Positions 26,946 to 40,268 of a DNA stretch of 64,000 bases are shown here, piece after piece. A program made the position numbers and the translations under genes. The first letter of the stretch is position 1, and every line of letters begins with the position of its first letter. The stretch is from assembly GCA_973895155.1 (NCBI GenBank), contig OZ316891.1, forward strand, positions 16,247,137 through 16,311,136, written 5' to 3'. A model generated the notes under the pieces. It saw nothing but the letters and a program-made list of their open reading frames with translations, searched no databases and was not told where the DNA came from. This DNA comes from Marsupella aquatica. Taxonomy: Eukaryota; Plantae; Marchantiophyta.

Positions 26946-27535
26946 TGACAGATTATTCAGCAACATGCTATAATTGACAAGATATCACCGTAGTTATATT
27001 CATAACTCAAGTATATGTGATTCTTGTGAATCTCTCTATATAGACTCTACTTCAATCTACACTAATCTTAGACCGTATCTAGTCAACTGATCAATTAAAC
27101 TAACAATATATATCTGAAATTTGGGAGTCAGATCCCACCCAAGTCTATTGTGCCAATCACCATCAAAGTAGATATACTAGTCAATAGCACCTGAGAAAAG
27201 ACAGCCCGGCTCATGCTACAATCTTTCTAGTTGGAATCTAGAATAGTAGGTGATGTTATTGGTCAAATGAATTGTTTTACAACTTTGTGAAATACAAAGG
27301 GATCACTTAAGACAGCAGCCACATAAAGGCTGCAAATAAATAATTATTTCTATTATCTTCTACTAGACTTGCATTAGACTTTGCTGCAGGTCCGACACCT
27401 GGTTCTCAAAGCTCTACTACAGCTCAAGACCACCTACGACATGTCTCACTCTGAACAAAACTTGGCATCTGTGATTGTGTTGTCAGTTTCTTTATTAAGA
27501 TCTTTACTATATTTGTTGTTTGGCTAACAGGGGCT

Positions 27536-30232
27536 ATGAGAGAAGATTCAAGTTCACAAGTATTGCCTCTACACTCGCCTCTACATGGATCAAAGAAGAG
27601 AAGATCACAGCCCTTCGACAATTTGTGTAGGGGAGAAAGATTGGTTCCAGCCAAGAGTTCAGAAGCTATCAATGTAAGGACAGGCCATGAATTGCAAGAT
27701 CCTCATGAAGATGGCCCACACCAAGAATCACAAGATCCTTATGAAGATGAATTTGATGATAGTGATCATCAACGTAGCCTTGGGACCTGTCCATTGGAAG
27801 TGGAGTCAACACATGCTGACTTGTCCTTGCCTGATGACACACCAAGGATTGATATGAGTAAAGTATCAATTTTTGAGTGTTTGAGAATTGTGCCAGATTC
27901 GTGTGAGCCTCATCCTTCTACTGAGTTTTCAGGTGCAGCACAACCTGATCCTGGACCTAATCAGACTTCTCCTCTTTCACCTGTGAAAAGAATCATGTCA
28001 ATCTTATTGGGTAGTGTTCCACCTCCAATCCCTTCCATTAATGAAACCATTCAGTCTAGTGAACTAGATGTACAGCACCCTGGCTTGAAGAGAAAAGTGG
28101 ACTTGGTTTACTCAAGGGCCTCAAAAAAATCTGCACAAGGTTTTGGAGTCCTGGATTCTGATTTCTCATGTCCATCTTTCTCAACTCAGTAAATTGAAAA
28201 TGCCCATGCAAATGTAGCAAATACTATGGAGATTTTGGATGATATAGAGGAGTGTCCAATCAGCCAACAAGAGGAACCTTCATCTTTGAGAACTCAGACC
28301 AGTACACCCTCAAGTACACCAATTTTACAGGCTGATGTTACTCACAGGATACAGGCTAGGAGGAAGTTGTCAGCTCAAGCAAGAGTTCAACCAGCAAGAA
28401 AAACCAGAGGGGGTCCAAGCTCAAGGACCAACACAGCTGAGGTTGCAGTCAAGGAATCTGAGCCCAGGGGACCATCTACTTTGACACTTTCTGATGTTGA
28501 GAGTCAGAGGATTGCAGTTGAAAGGCCTAGTTCAGAGCTTCCCATAGTTGGGGTGGAAAGAAGAAGACTGAAGAAGGGAGGACGAAACACTATTGCAGCA
28601 GTTCAGAATGGGTCAAGTAAGGAAGGTCAGGCAAGGGATGGTGAAGATGTGGACCAGTCCATTTCTCAGTTGAAGAGAAAAGATGACTTGATATACTCAA
28701 GGGTCTCAAGAAAACCTGCACACGGTTTTGGAGACCTTGATTCTGATTTCTCTTGTCCATCTTTTTCAACTCAAGAAATTGAAAATGCAACAAATAATAT
28801 GGAGATCTTGGATGACATAGAGGAGTGCCCTGTCAGTTAAGAAGAGGAACTAGAATCTGCATCTGTGAGAACTAGGTTCAGGCATGAAGCAGAGCTGGTT
28901 GGTGCACCCATTTCCACAAGGGATGTTGGAAGAAGACGGGCCAGGAGGGAGCAGCCAAGTCAAACAACAATTCAGCCAAGAAGAAAAAATAAGGGGCAAC
29001 AGAGCTCACAGATCAATACGGCTGAGGTTGAGGTCAGAGTTTTGGAGCACAGGAGACCTTTGAGTTTAGCACCTCATGATGTTGAGAGAGAAGGGACCAT
29101 GGAACCTGAAAGACCTAGTGTGAAGCTTCCTATACCTGGGGCTCAAATCAGGAGAACTGAACAGAGAAGAAGAGCCACTGTCACAGCACACCATATTGGA
29201 CTTGAAGGAGGTCAAACAAGCTCTGCTGTAGGGACACCTCAACGGCAAGATGTGGAACTTGTACAGCCCCCACAATCAGCAAGAGTGAGGCATTGTGACT
29301 TGCCTCTTTCAGAATTGATGAGAAAAAGAGCATATGAAAGATTGAGGAAGAGAGCACAAAGAGAGAAAATCAAGGCAGCAAAACAAATTGGAGGTGCATC
29401 TGAAAGTGTTTTGATGAAGCCCAAACTTGAATTACGTGAAGGGGTCCCAATTGGTGACTGTCATGGAACAGTAGTAAGAGAATTATCTCTTATTACCAAG
29501 TTGGAGGTAATGTGTTTCACTCCCATACCTGATATTGCAGATGATGTGTATCAGCAGATTTATACAAAGCTTCATGAGAAATATGAGAATGGAAAGCTTC
29601 TTTCATTCAAATGGACAGTGAGAAATGCAAATTTATTGATTGGCTATCGAAGAACTCGAACCAGAAAAGTTGTGCAAGTTTACTTGGAGAATCTACCTCC
29701 AAACTCCCAGAATCCACCACCCCCTCCTGGAGTATTTCTTCTTGAGTTTGAGCATTTTGCAAAACAGCTTTGTAATGAAGAGTTTGCAAAAACAAGGGAT
29801 AGGTTTACAACTATGTCTCATGCAATGGTGGAAAAAAGAGGATGTGGAAATCCTATGGGCAGGGGAGGAGTTGCAAGAGCAATGGCAATTCATGTAAGTT
29901 TTCCATTAAGAATGACTCCAGCATATGTTTATTGCATTACAATCTATGGCAATGAAACTAGTATATAGATTATGTGCACAGCAAAATTAGTGTACAGATT
30001 ATGTGCACAATTTTGTGAATTACTTCTCATTGAAGCTATAAAGGATTTATTGGGTTCAGACTTAACATTCTTTCAGGTTGTTGTTTCCAATCAGATTCTG
30101 AAGAAGGGAGATGTTCCTACCATTGAGGAGGTGGGTGCTTGGAAGGATGCATCCTACAAAAAATACACTCTCCAAAAAAGAGGTCCTACAACTCTTGAGA
30201 TGGATAATGTTGTACAAGGTGAAGATAGCTAG
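27536..30232 (+). pseudogene. CACTA TnpA-like (Transposase_24/Ptta-like) gene with duplicated low-complexity N-terminus
   Basis: GVPIG, PPPPGV..EFEHF, NPMGRGG, PTIEEV; intron about 29894-30076; in-frame stops at 28190 and 28838. Confidence 0.65.
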
Positions 30233-30439
30233 TATATATATGAGACAAGATGAAATGATCTTGGGCTGAACCAGATGTTTCATTCTCACCTTGACATACT
30301 TAGCAATTACTTTTGCTATATAGTATCAGGTCTACCAGAAAGTACCAACTTGATCTAAATTGCATTGTAATAACTCTGTTGTTTTCAATTTGAATAACTT
30401 TTTGAATGGTAACATCATAAGTTTGTTTTCTTTAGATAA

Positions 30440-31428
30440 ATATGATATTGTCCCTACAACATCATGGAAAACGGTGTGCAAAGTGTCCCCTAAAACCGTC
30501 TCATGTCATGTTGTCCATGAACACCTTCTACTAGTCCCCTTAACACCACATCATTCACAAGCTTTTGTCCTACAAACACCATATATATCAATCTATGTCC
30601 CCTAAAACCATCTCAACCAGTCCACCAACACCTTCTACTAGTCTGCTTACAGGTCCGCTTAACATCATGTCCGTTCAATAATGTTTGTCCAACATACACC
30701 ATATCTATGTCCCATAAAACCATCTAGTTGACTGTCTGCAAACACCATACCTATGTCCCTTAACATCATGTCTATTTATCAATTGATGTCCACAAACACC
30801 TTGTACCAGTCTTGTAACATCATGTCAATTCAATCAATTTTGTCCTCTCTACACCATATTTATGTCCTTGAAAACCATATAAGCTGGTTTGCAAAACTTT
30901 GTATGAGTCCTTTAACATCATCTCTATTTATCAATTGATGTCCTTTATACACCATATATATGTCCCCTAAAACCATCTTTGCTAGTCCGCAAACACCTTC
31001 TATGAGTCTCAATTGTATATTCATCAATTTTAGTCCTTCGTACACCATATTTATGCCCCCTAAAACTGTCTCATTAAGTCCATAAACACCTTCCATGTGT
31101 CCCTTTAACATCTTATTTTTGTAAGGAGCTTTTGTCTCGTATACATCATATTCTTGTATATATGTATATTAAGTGTCCTGAAAACACCATAATGTATGTT
31201 TCTAAAATACAGTGTACAATAAATAATACGTAAAAAAGTAATGATGTAAGCTTGTCTCTCCAAGAGAATAGAGGTCCCTCACATCATACATTTTACATGA
31301 GACTGAAAGGTGCTAATGTGACACTTTTTTCCCCAATGTGTTTGCGCCAGTGGTGGGGACAAAGTCCAATATACACCATAGTCAAAGGTGTTGGGACAAA
31401 GGTGTATTTTGTCCATATCCTAGTAGTG
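30440..31428. repeat. CACTA subterminal repeat array and right terminus
   Basis: Many TGTCCCCTAAAACCATCT / ACACCATAT / TTAACATCAT units, then CCTAGTAGTG; an inner CCAGTG end at 31352. Confidence 0.75.
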
Positions 31429-31571
31429 AATGGTACATCTCAAACTTGCAGCCAGGGTGATGACCTTGACACCCAACGTGTTGAGGGTAGTGACTGGCTA
31501 GGAGATGAGCTCCCGTTGCCCAATCCTTCCCTTGTTGACACTCCTTGACCAGTTGAGGAGCAGGTGCTGAA

Positions 31572-32347
31572 GTGAGTCTTAAGTCAACGACTATGCCAAA
31601 GGAACTGGAGAGGCTGCATTGGTTGAAAGAGGTTGATAAGTTGAAGGAGCACATGGTGTCCATCAATGCTGCACACCACAAGTGGAAAGTAATGACTTGG
31701 GACAAAGATGGTGTTCCTTGTGGTAAGATAGAGTGTGTAGAGTGTCAGTGCAATAGGCTGGGAACGTCAAAGGGGTTGATGGACAGAGGGAGCATCACTA
31801 ACTGCTTCACCAATTTCAAACACAAACATCTCATTACAGATAAGCATGCATCAAATGTGGCAACTAATAGGGGTGAGAAAATTGACCAAGTGGAGATCTC
31901 CAAGAGGGCTGCAACATCTTTACTGAGTGATAGAAGCACTCTTGACATTCATGTCAAGATTGTGGAGTGTGTGAATGACAGTCAGGTGGTTGACCATCAG
32001 ACTTTTGAAATCGTAGGTGACCTTAGCAAGGAGCCTGTGGAGCTGCGCAAGTCTAAACTGTTGTGTTATTTTTGCACAGAGTATCTTGTATTGATACAAC
32101 GTAATTTGGATTCCAATTAATTTGCAGTCCCATTGTAGTAGTGTGAACCACTTAAATGCAGTGGCCAGAAGTCAGAAACCACCCACTGGTCAACCAGTTC
32201 TATCAAGAAAGGCAGGCAGGCCACCCAGAAGCGACAAGAGAGATGTTCGACAAAGAACAATTGCAGGATTCTTAAATCGACAAGCTCGAGATAAAGCTTC
32301 CAGCAGTCAGCCTAGGGGTAGCGAATCAAGTGGAGGCTCGAGTAGCC
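31572..32347 (+). pseudogene. Gene fragment with two C2H2/U1-like zinc fingers, interrupted by the MULE
   Basis: CVEC...HLITDKH and CYFC...HCSSVNH across a stop at 32118; cut at MULE terminus 32348. Confidence 0.4.
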
Positions 32348-33009
32348 GGGTATGATAGCCATGACAGAAAACAGAAAACCTGTTACCAGGAAATTTTTTG
32401 CTGTTAACAGTCAAATATAACTGTTACCAGTAAGCGATTCCCTGTTACCAGTTTTGCATCAACCATAGCCCTTTGGTCCGAATGAAAAACTACGCTAATC
32501 ACAAAATTTTTCTGAAGTGAATTAGGTTTAAAACAAACAATTATTGTGTGCCATCCGATGGATGAAGAGTACTAGCAATCCTCCCTTGCAACAACATTTT
32601 GATCTGGAAGATAACTGAACACGGTATGGGGACTATACTCAATGAAACATTCATTCAAATATCACTATTCGTCCAAGCTAAAAAGTGAACCTTAGGGTGG
32701 GACCCACCACAGAACAAGTGAAGAGTAGTGTCCAAATGAACTCAATCAAAATGATTTCACTTAAATGGACCGAGTACCATGACAAACAAATGACAAAACA
32801 CCTCCTAACGATTTATTTCAGAATAATTGAATAAACGTGGCTTGAAAGATAAAACATAATGATATCAACTTACACATTTTAAATAAAACATAGTGTAATG
32901 CTTACACTACACGCGTACATAATAAAAGTAGCGCCCGACGCTAACCAAAAAATACTGAATAAAACAAGTAACATATCCATTGGGTAAAGACAAAATAGTG
33001 ACTATCCGT

Positions 33010-36000
33010 TATATTGAACGACCTATACAGAAGTTTCGGCCCCTATTATAAGCCATTCAAGTTTTGCCTCTCCAAGACAAGCCTGACTTTGCCCACAGTC
33101 AAAATTGGTTGGCTACAAAGAGTCGACTCCTCAACCTCAAGTTTGAAAACATTTATGTACACCCAGTATAGATGTTTACAAGGCATGTATGACTTGCCAC
33201 GCGAATGTCATAGGAAGAAGTCCTCACAAGAGCAAGCAGGGAAGATACAAATTTGCACGAAGTACGTGCTTGGTGATCGAAGGTTCTCATGGGTTCGAAT
33301 TCAAAATTGCTTTCCAAAAGCATTTCCAGTCCGAACATTCCATTCCCCATCCAAACTCATCTCTTCTTGTCGTGCAGACTCCATTCGCTTAGTGTGACCC
33401 ACAGTGAGATTAGACCGAGGTCTTGAGTTCCTCCCATTCCGACTACCCAGCCGGACATTTGGCTCCAAAAACCTTATTGTTTCTGGGAACACGTTCACAT
33501 TTATCCTGAGGTCAAACAAAGATGGCGCAGATCGACTCGATCCTGTTGTTCGGGCTAAGACAAGTCCTTGCTCTTCGAGGAACATGATTTCAGAAGGAGA
33601 TAGGTTCGTACCCTTCAGAACAGGCAAAATTTCAGGAAGAGGAGGAAGCTGATGAACACCACGACGCGGACGACTCTTATAATAGGTTTGGTTTGGGCAG
33701 AACCAAATCATTTTGGAGATCGGTTCGCCCCTGAAGAGACGATGGCCCTTCACGACAATTCCAAAAACACCATCAGACAAATGGAAGCCAACCTTCTTGA
33801 TACGATTTTGACACTCATCGCGATCAGAACTCCCATTGAGTGTCCCATTACACTGGGGACTTGCTCCATACTTGGACGTCCGTCGCAGCTGCCACTGCCC
33901 CAGAGGGACATCCTTCTCGAGCACAATCGTGCGTGAAAGTGGATTCTGAAGTGAGGTTGGTGCACTGAGCAGAGGTTTTGTGGATCTTGTTGTACGGGTT
34001 GTTTGAGGGGTATTGTCTAGTGAATCAGTATCACCATCTGATGTGTCCATACCAGAGAGATTCACCACTCTTGTCACAGGATCATTAGAATTTTAGGGAA
34101 TGGAGGCAAAGTCAGTTCTGTTTAGGTTTTTCCTTTTCAAACCACGAGTATTTGGTGTGGTTGTGAGAACGGTGTCATGCCGATGGGAGTCTTGTGGAGA
34201 GACAGTCCCAGTTGCATGTCCCTTTCTCTTCATTGACTTGGTCATGATATCTCCGTTAAGGGGAGTACTTCTTTCCAAATCGAAGTCCGCCGCGTTGGAA
34301 AGAAGCATGTTGGTCGCATCTTCAAATAACCTTGGCGAACCTGCTTGATCGGCGGAATGGAACGCCAATTCCGATATAGTCGGTCCCTTTCCTCTGTTCA
34401 ACCCTTTTCGATATGCATTGTATCCTGCAACTTGAGACAGGGCTCGGTTTTGGTCCACTTTGCATGCTTCAAAAAGACCAACTTTTTTCTTTGTAGCCCA
34501 TGCCTTGATTCTGACCCTGTACAGTTTGGAATCAAGGCACCTTCTTCTGCACTTTTGCTCTGCCATAGTCCGAATGCAATAATCAGTACTAGCATTGTAT
34601 TACCAGCGCCTGGCGCTGGCTCCGACAAGTATTTATAACATACGTGAAATACAATTTAGATTATGATTCTGGAACTTTATGGACATGCTGGACTCAAATA
34701 CGAGCAAATCATACCAACGCCTAGCGCTAATATAAAGTTGATGGAATTGAAAGACAAGAGAGGAGATGGATGTCATACCACTCGAATAAAATTGCCCCAC
34801 TGGCGCCATCGAACAACCCACCAGGATATCCAGCTTTGTAGCATCATGAGCTTTCCAGGGACATAGTTTCCTGATTGCCACCAAACCAAATCTCTCAGGA
34901 CACGCGATACGCTACCACAACCGTTGGAGCGTTTCTTAGTTTCTCCCAAAGTCTCCGATGTTCCGATTGACATTCTTCAAGTACTCCTTCCTTGGAATGT
35001 CGATGGAAAGATTGATAAAAGTGAAATGCATCAGAGCGCTCCCTCTCCGGGTCTGGGTGTCCACCAAAAAAAACATTCTGCACAGCATTCCATCCAGCTT
35101 GTGCATTGTCCGCCATAAACCCTTGGATGACAACCTCCTGTAATCCATTCTCCTTGCAAACCTCAATCATAACTCTCCAAGCCTTTTTGAAAGACTCAGT
35201 GTCTTCACCTTTCAACTCGCATGTGAAAATTGTACAAAGTGCACGGTATGGTCATAGACATGCGCGCTAAAAGTAAACCAATCGGTTGTGATACGCTGCA
35301 TCACATCAAAACTGACCCAGGCTCCTTCGAGTCTTCCACCAGGTTGCATCTGTCTCAAAAGATCCACATCGGAACCGTGACCCTTCGTGGTCATTTTAAA
35401 GATGTGAGGCCTGTCGTCTTGACATCCCTGACCCGGGAGCAAATACCTTTGGAGAAATGACAAGTTAATCTTCTTTTGCATTTGCAAGAGAAAATCAAGT
35501 TCACCCCGACCCTTTTGGTCTATCCTAATGCTCCGACAAAGAGATGCAAACTTCTGGGGAGTGGAAAGTACCATCAGAGACTTCCATATTTCAGTTTCTT
35601 CGATATCGACCATGTCGTCAACATGTTCGCAGAGAGCTTTCACTATGGACCCTGTAGCAGAATTCAAGATCCCAGCTGGTTTTGCCAGAGGATTGGCTTC
35701 ATGATTTTTTTAAATTAAATCCTCAGCCATCTTCTCCGCACTCCTACAAAAGGTTTTTCTACCTGGATGGTTATGCTCACCTATATGAATCGCCAGGTGG
35801 GACATATGACTACATGTTTCCGCATCAAGTAATACTTGCGGGTACATATAGAACAAACGGGCAGGGCAGTACTTGACACAAAAAGGAATCTGATCACAAT
35901 AATGACACACAACACCGCCCTCTTCGATAAAAGATCCGACAGCATACTGACCACTAAGCTTTGGAGTACCCTGCCATGCCTTAGCATTTGCCTTCTTCTT

Positions 36001-36756
36001 CCTTTGGAAGTACTCGCAGGACTTGTGACATTCAATGAACCCCATACAGGTAACCTTACCGAATTGCCAAAGATTTTTTGGCTGAACGTTCGCGGTAGTT
36101 GGAAATATGCGTGTCCAAATGTAGCAATCTTTGGCACGGTCCATGTCCCTAAGCCTAGAGCCTTTAGAGAGCATCTTGTCAATGGGTGGCAATTCAAGCA
36201 CGACGTTCCCGTTGTACTTAGTTGGCAGACACGAAACTTGCTCATGTCTGAAATCACCCGTTGATATGAACCTCGATAACTCGCTATGACCAGTGGATTT
36301 GAGTAACGTATCCATTGCACTCCGCCGTTACACAACCTCCAACTGGTTAGAGCTTCCTGGAGTCTCACCTTTAATGACAGCATGTTGCGGGACTTTCATT
36401 TTCAACGTAGGACTTGGAGTGTGATCCCCATCTTCACTAGAAGAAATCTCGACAACATCAAATGGAACTTGGGGGACAATGGACGGTCCTTCATGTTGTT
36501 TTACTCGAAGTGAGTACAAAATCCCCGCGTATAGATGCCAAAACCGTTCACCATCATCCACATTGAATGTTGCTGCATCTTCGATGTCATCACTGGTTTT
36601 GAGCTCTCGAACAATGGCCTCAATATCATTCATCCTCAAATCAAATCTCCCGCAAAGGTATCTCTCCCGGACCTGCTTGTACGTGTCTTCCACAGGGACG
36701 GGGATGGTCACAATATCCCCAATCCCGAATCAGGATAGAACGATGGACCGAGACAT
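33010..36756 (-). pseudogene. MULE transposase (WRKY/GCM1-like Zn domain, DDE core, SWIM finger)
   Basis: CHYC..CPAR..HIGEHNHP; VSFDV; GFMADNAQAGWNAV..VF..AFHFYQS; C-terminal YFVQI..PACSCEDF..PCKHLYWV read at 33155-33270. Multiple stops and frameshifts. Confidence 0.85.
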
Positions 36757-37649
36757 TGCAATCGAAAACAAATAACGAGGGCTGTAATGTTTTGAGGAAG
36801 AAAAGTCTATGGTAATATGGAGCTTATATCAGTCGAACATGGGAACTTCACGTTAACAGATCCATTTGTATAAGACATAAAACATAGTCGACATAGGATC
36901 CGTTGGTGACATAAATGATTTTTGTTGTTTTCCCCGATAAGTCCGGATGTCAGATGCATACATAATGCCAAAAAAGACACCACAAAAATCTTTAATAGAC
37001 TCTAAAATATTGTATAGTTGGAACAATTTGAGTAGCGCCTGGCGCTAACTAAAATGTCTCCAACATAATATGCCCCAAATCTCGATATTCCATACTAGCG
37101 TCTGGCGAAAAACCCTCCAGATATCCATCAATACTATGAAATAATTGGATTGAAATGATCAATGAAAATGTGAATTCTTTTAAAACTATGGATGAAAAAT
37201 ACTCGTTATCACTAGCGTCGGGCGCTAGTATAGGATGCAAGTAATGTTTCCCAAAAACCATTAAAACAATAGACATTTCTTTAAATATGGGGTTGTTTTG
37301 ATGAAATTTATGTATTCGAGGCACCATTTAAGACCTATTGTCACGCGATTGACATGGGTCTTAACACCAAAAACGTCACTATGGGTGCCAAAACCATCTC
37401 CTTGTACCTGAGGATCACGAAGGGATGTTATGAAGGTCGGTAAACACCAATTTATGCCCTTAACACCAGACTATCATAGCAAGACTCTATCACACATCAC
37501 CCAAGCTCAATCCCAAGGAACCAAGGTTGGGGATCAGATCTGCACTCATGATAGTTCTGGTGAGAAGGGGTCTTCATATAGGGCCCGTACCCACAGGGCC
37601 TAGCGCTACGGTGCGCATAGGTCTATACGTATGCTTACTGTCATAGGTA

Positions 37650-39674
37650 TGTTTCTATTCCACCGCCGGAATGTACCCATAAACCAGTGACTCCTGACTG
37701 ATTCTCGGCTTAGGGACTTCTAAGCCATTGCCCCACCACTCTGCCATTCCACTCTCAGCAATCAGAGCTATGACAGTCCTCACCCAGCCCGCTTCAATGC
37801 ACCCTGTACACCTCTCAGTGGCGCTGCTAGTCCCATCATACACTCAGATTGCCTCACACACACACACACATCCATGAGAGAAATGAGGCCTGAGAGGAAA
37901 ACTCAATTAGATTCAAAGATGTGCACAATAGTTCATTGAGAACACTTGATCCGAACACTAGGGCGAAGGCTGTCTCCTCCAGATTGTGACGTGCTTGCCC
38001 TGCAAGCCCCATGCTTGCCATGCAAGCTCAATCCTGAACCTGAGCCCGACTCACTCCAGATTGCGACGGCAGATTGGACTCAAACCAATCCCGTACTTGC
38101 CTTGCAAACTCAATCCTGAACTCAACCTCCTTCACTGCACTTCATTCTTGGGGGCACATGCAGATCTCACACCTCCAATTCAAAACGTCAAGTTACGCAT
38201 GCATAGTTGACTCGACTTCAAAGCTGATACCAGGCCTAACGACGATCTATCCCAGACTGCAATGAGGCCCGGCCTCACGCTTGCCCTGCAAGCTCAGCTT
38301 TGGCCATAAATCCCTTAGTGCTCTCTACCAGACAAAGGCCGGGACTCCCCATGGATCACGTAGCCTTGCTAGACTGAACTATAAATGCTCCTCCTGCTGC
38401 CCCTCAATCAGTGTCTCAGCCTCCCTAATGTGCTCACCACAAATCACATTGAAATCCTCCCCACAGTTTACAATCACCAATACATCACCTATCACCAAGG
38501 CTCTGTATCGGGGGAAAAGAACCCAGTTGTGCTGCCCACTAGAAAGAGCCACAATCCAGCTCGCAAACCTAGCAACCCATTGTAGCTGTGAAGCTTGGCT
38601 GATTACTCCCTGAGTAATAGCACAACCAAGATCTCCCCAACACGCAGCGTCCAAGTCCAGCCTTGCTTGCACAGAGCTCCTCCCTGCTGCTCAGTCTAAG
38701 TGAGATCACACAAGTGAAGTCCCCCCCCCCCCCCCATTGCCTCTACCGGGGGGCTGCTCTATATACTCTCATACTGAGCCCAAATGGGTGGATACTACGC
38801 TGCTGGAGCCCCATCCCAGCCCTAACAGAGCCGCCACTATCTCTAACTACTGAACCCTAACTCGCAACTTTATTTCTATCTCGAATTGGCTATGTACTTT
38901 GGATTTGGCCCTCCTCCATGGTTTTTGCGAGCTTGCACCTCCTCTCCCAATTTCTCTATTCAACCATTTGCTGCGTGGATAGCAGCGTTGGAAGCGGCTT
39001 GAGCTCCTCTTTCCAACGAGGTCAATTATAGCCGATTTGGTCAAATACACAGAGAGTTATGCCCCCACAACCGAGAGGGGGTACTCACTGTTGCGCTAAC
39101 CCGAGTTACATAGCTAACCCGAGTTTGGCTAGCCTAGCTATCCTATCCTGAGAAGAGTTAACCCGTGGCCTCGGGCTAAGCCGCTATCCGTGTCCGTTGT
39201 CCGTGTCCGCTATCCGTGTCCGCTGTCCGCTATCCGTGTCCGTTGTCCGTGTCCGCTATCTGTGTCCGTTGTCCGTGTCCGTTATCCATGTCCGCTATCT
39301 GTGTCCGCTGTCCGTGTCCGTTGTCCGCTATCCGTTGTTCGTGTTCTGTGTCCGCTATCCGTTGTTCGTGTCCGTTGTCCGCTATCCGTTGTCCGTGTTT
39401 GTTTTCCGCTATCCGTTGTCCGTGTCCGTTGTCCGCTATCCGTTGTCCCGGGTTTAGTCTAACCCCAATCTAAATCCGCTAGCCACTAGCCACTATCCAC
39501 TATCCGTGTCCGCTAACCTCTATCCGTATCCGCTATCCGTGTCCGCTAACCTCTATCCGTATCCGCTATCCGTGTCCGCTAACCTCTATCCGTATCCGCT
39601 ATCCGTATCCGCTATCCGTGTCCGCTAACCTCTATCCGTATCCGCTGTCCCGGGTTACACACTAACCCGTCACA
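37650..39674 (-). mobile_element. LTR-like unit family C (2025 bp, no long ORF)
   Basis: On minus it starts TGTGACGGG and ends ACATTCCGGCGGTGGAATAGAAACA then TACCTA, the same terminal signature as A and B; TATA-like tract near 38760. Confidence 0.7.
39180..39650. repeat. Complex minisatellite of CCGTGT / CCGCTAT / CCGTTGT units grading into 32-bp units with CTAACCT
   Basis: Directly visible; explains the repetitive ORFs at 39190-39473. Confidence 0.95.
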
Positions 39675-40268
39675 CTAATAAGATCATATCTTTCCTAATA
39701 CACCTCCATTTTGAGAGTGTTTTATATCGATTTTACTCGCCTTGACCAGATCTTTCCAATGCTCTTTACAGATCCGGATTTTATGACATATTGAAAGAAA
39801 TATGGTCGCCGACCACCCGCGACATAGCTTTTTATTTCCCTAACATTCTAAGACTAGACTATGAACCACTAACCTAACTAACAACATGAAGCTACACACC
39901 CAAGACGTTCAGATTTTATCATGAGAACAATCACCATACCACACAGCTTCATATTCAGTTATGGAGACTCGCTTCCTCCTCTCTTCCCCAGCTTCCTCCT
40001 TTGTGGCCTTGACAGTGACTACCTCAACTGTGTCTGCCTTGGTTGTGCAGTCTTCAAGCTGAAATACCTTTATCCCTACTCTTAACGCCATGATTGCCCT
40101 TATTCTTTGTCACGTCATCGGCTGCGGCCTTAACTCAGACTTCAGCTTAGACGGGCACATCCCTCGTAAATCTGAGGGTTCGGGCAGGAAGGGAAGCACG
40201 TAATGCACCTTATTCTCATAAACTAGCGCTAAGTGCGCATACTGCTAACTACGGACACCTCCTAGGTA

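Larger units (their letters stand above)
12128..31428. mobile_element. CACTA/EnSpm DNA transposon (left end not seen) with nested Copia and MITE
   Basis: TnpD-like transposase on minus, TnpA-like gene on plus, subterminal repeats at 30440-31410 and 12128-12210, right terminus TAGTAGTG at 31421-31428 (reverse complement CACTACTA). Confidence 0.8.

Noticed and set aside
39180-39650. CRISPR-like array or Cys/Pro-rich proteins
   Set aside because: No unique spacers; the ORFs in all three frames are artefacts of a stop-free minisatellite.
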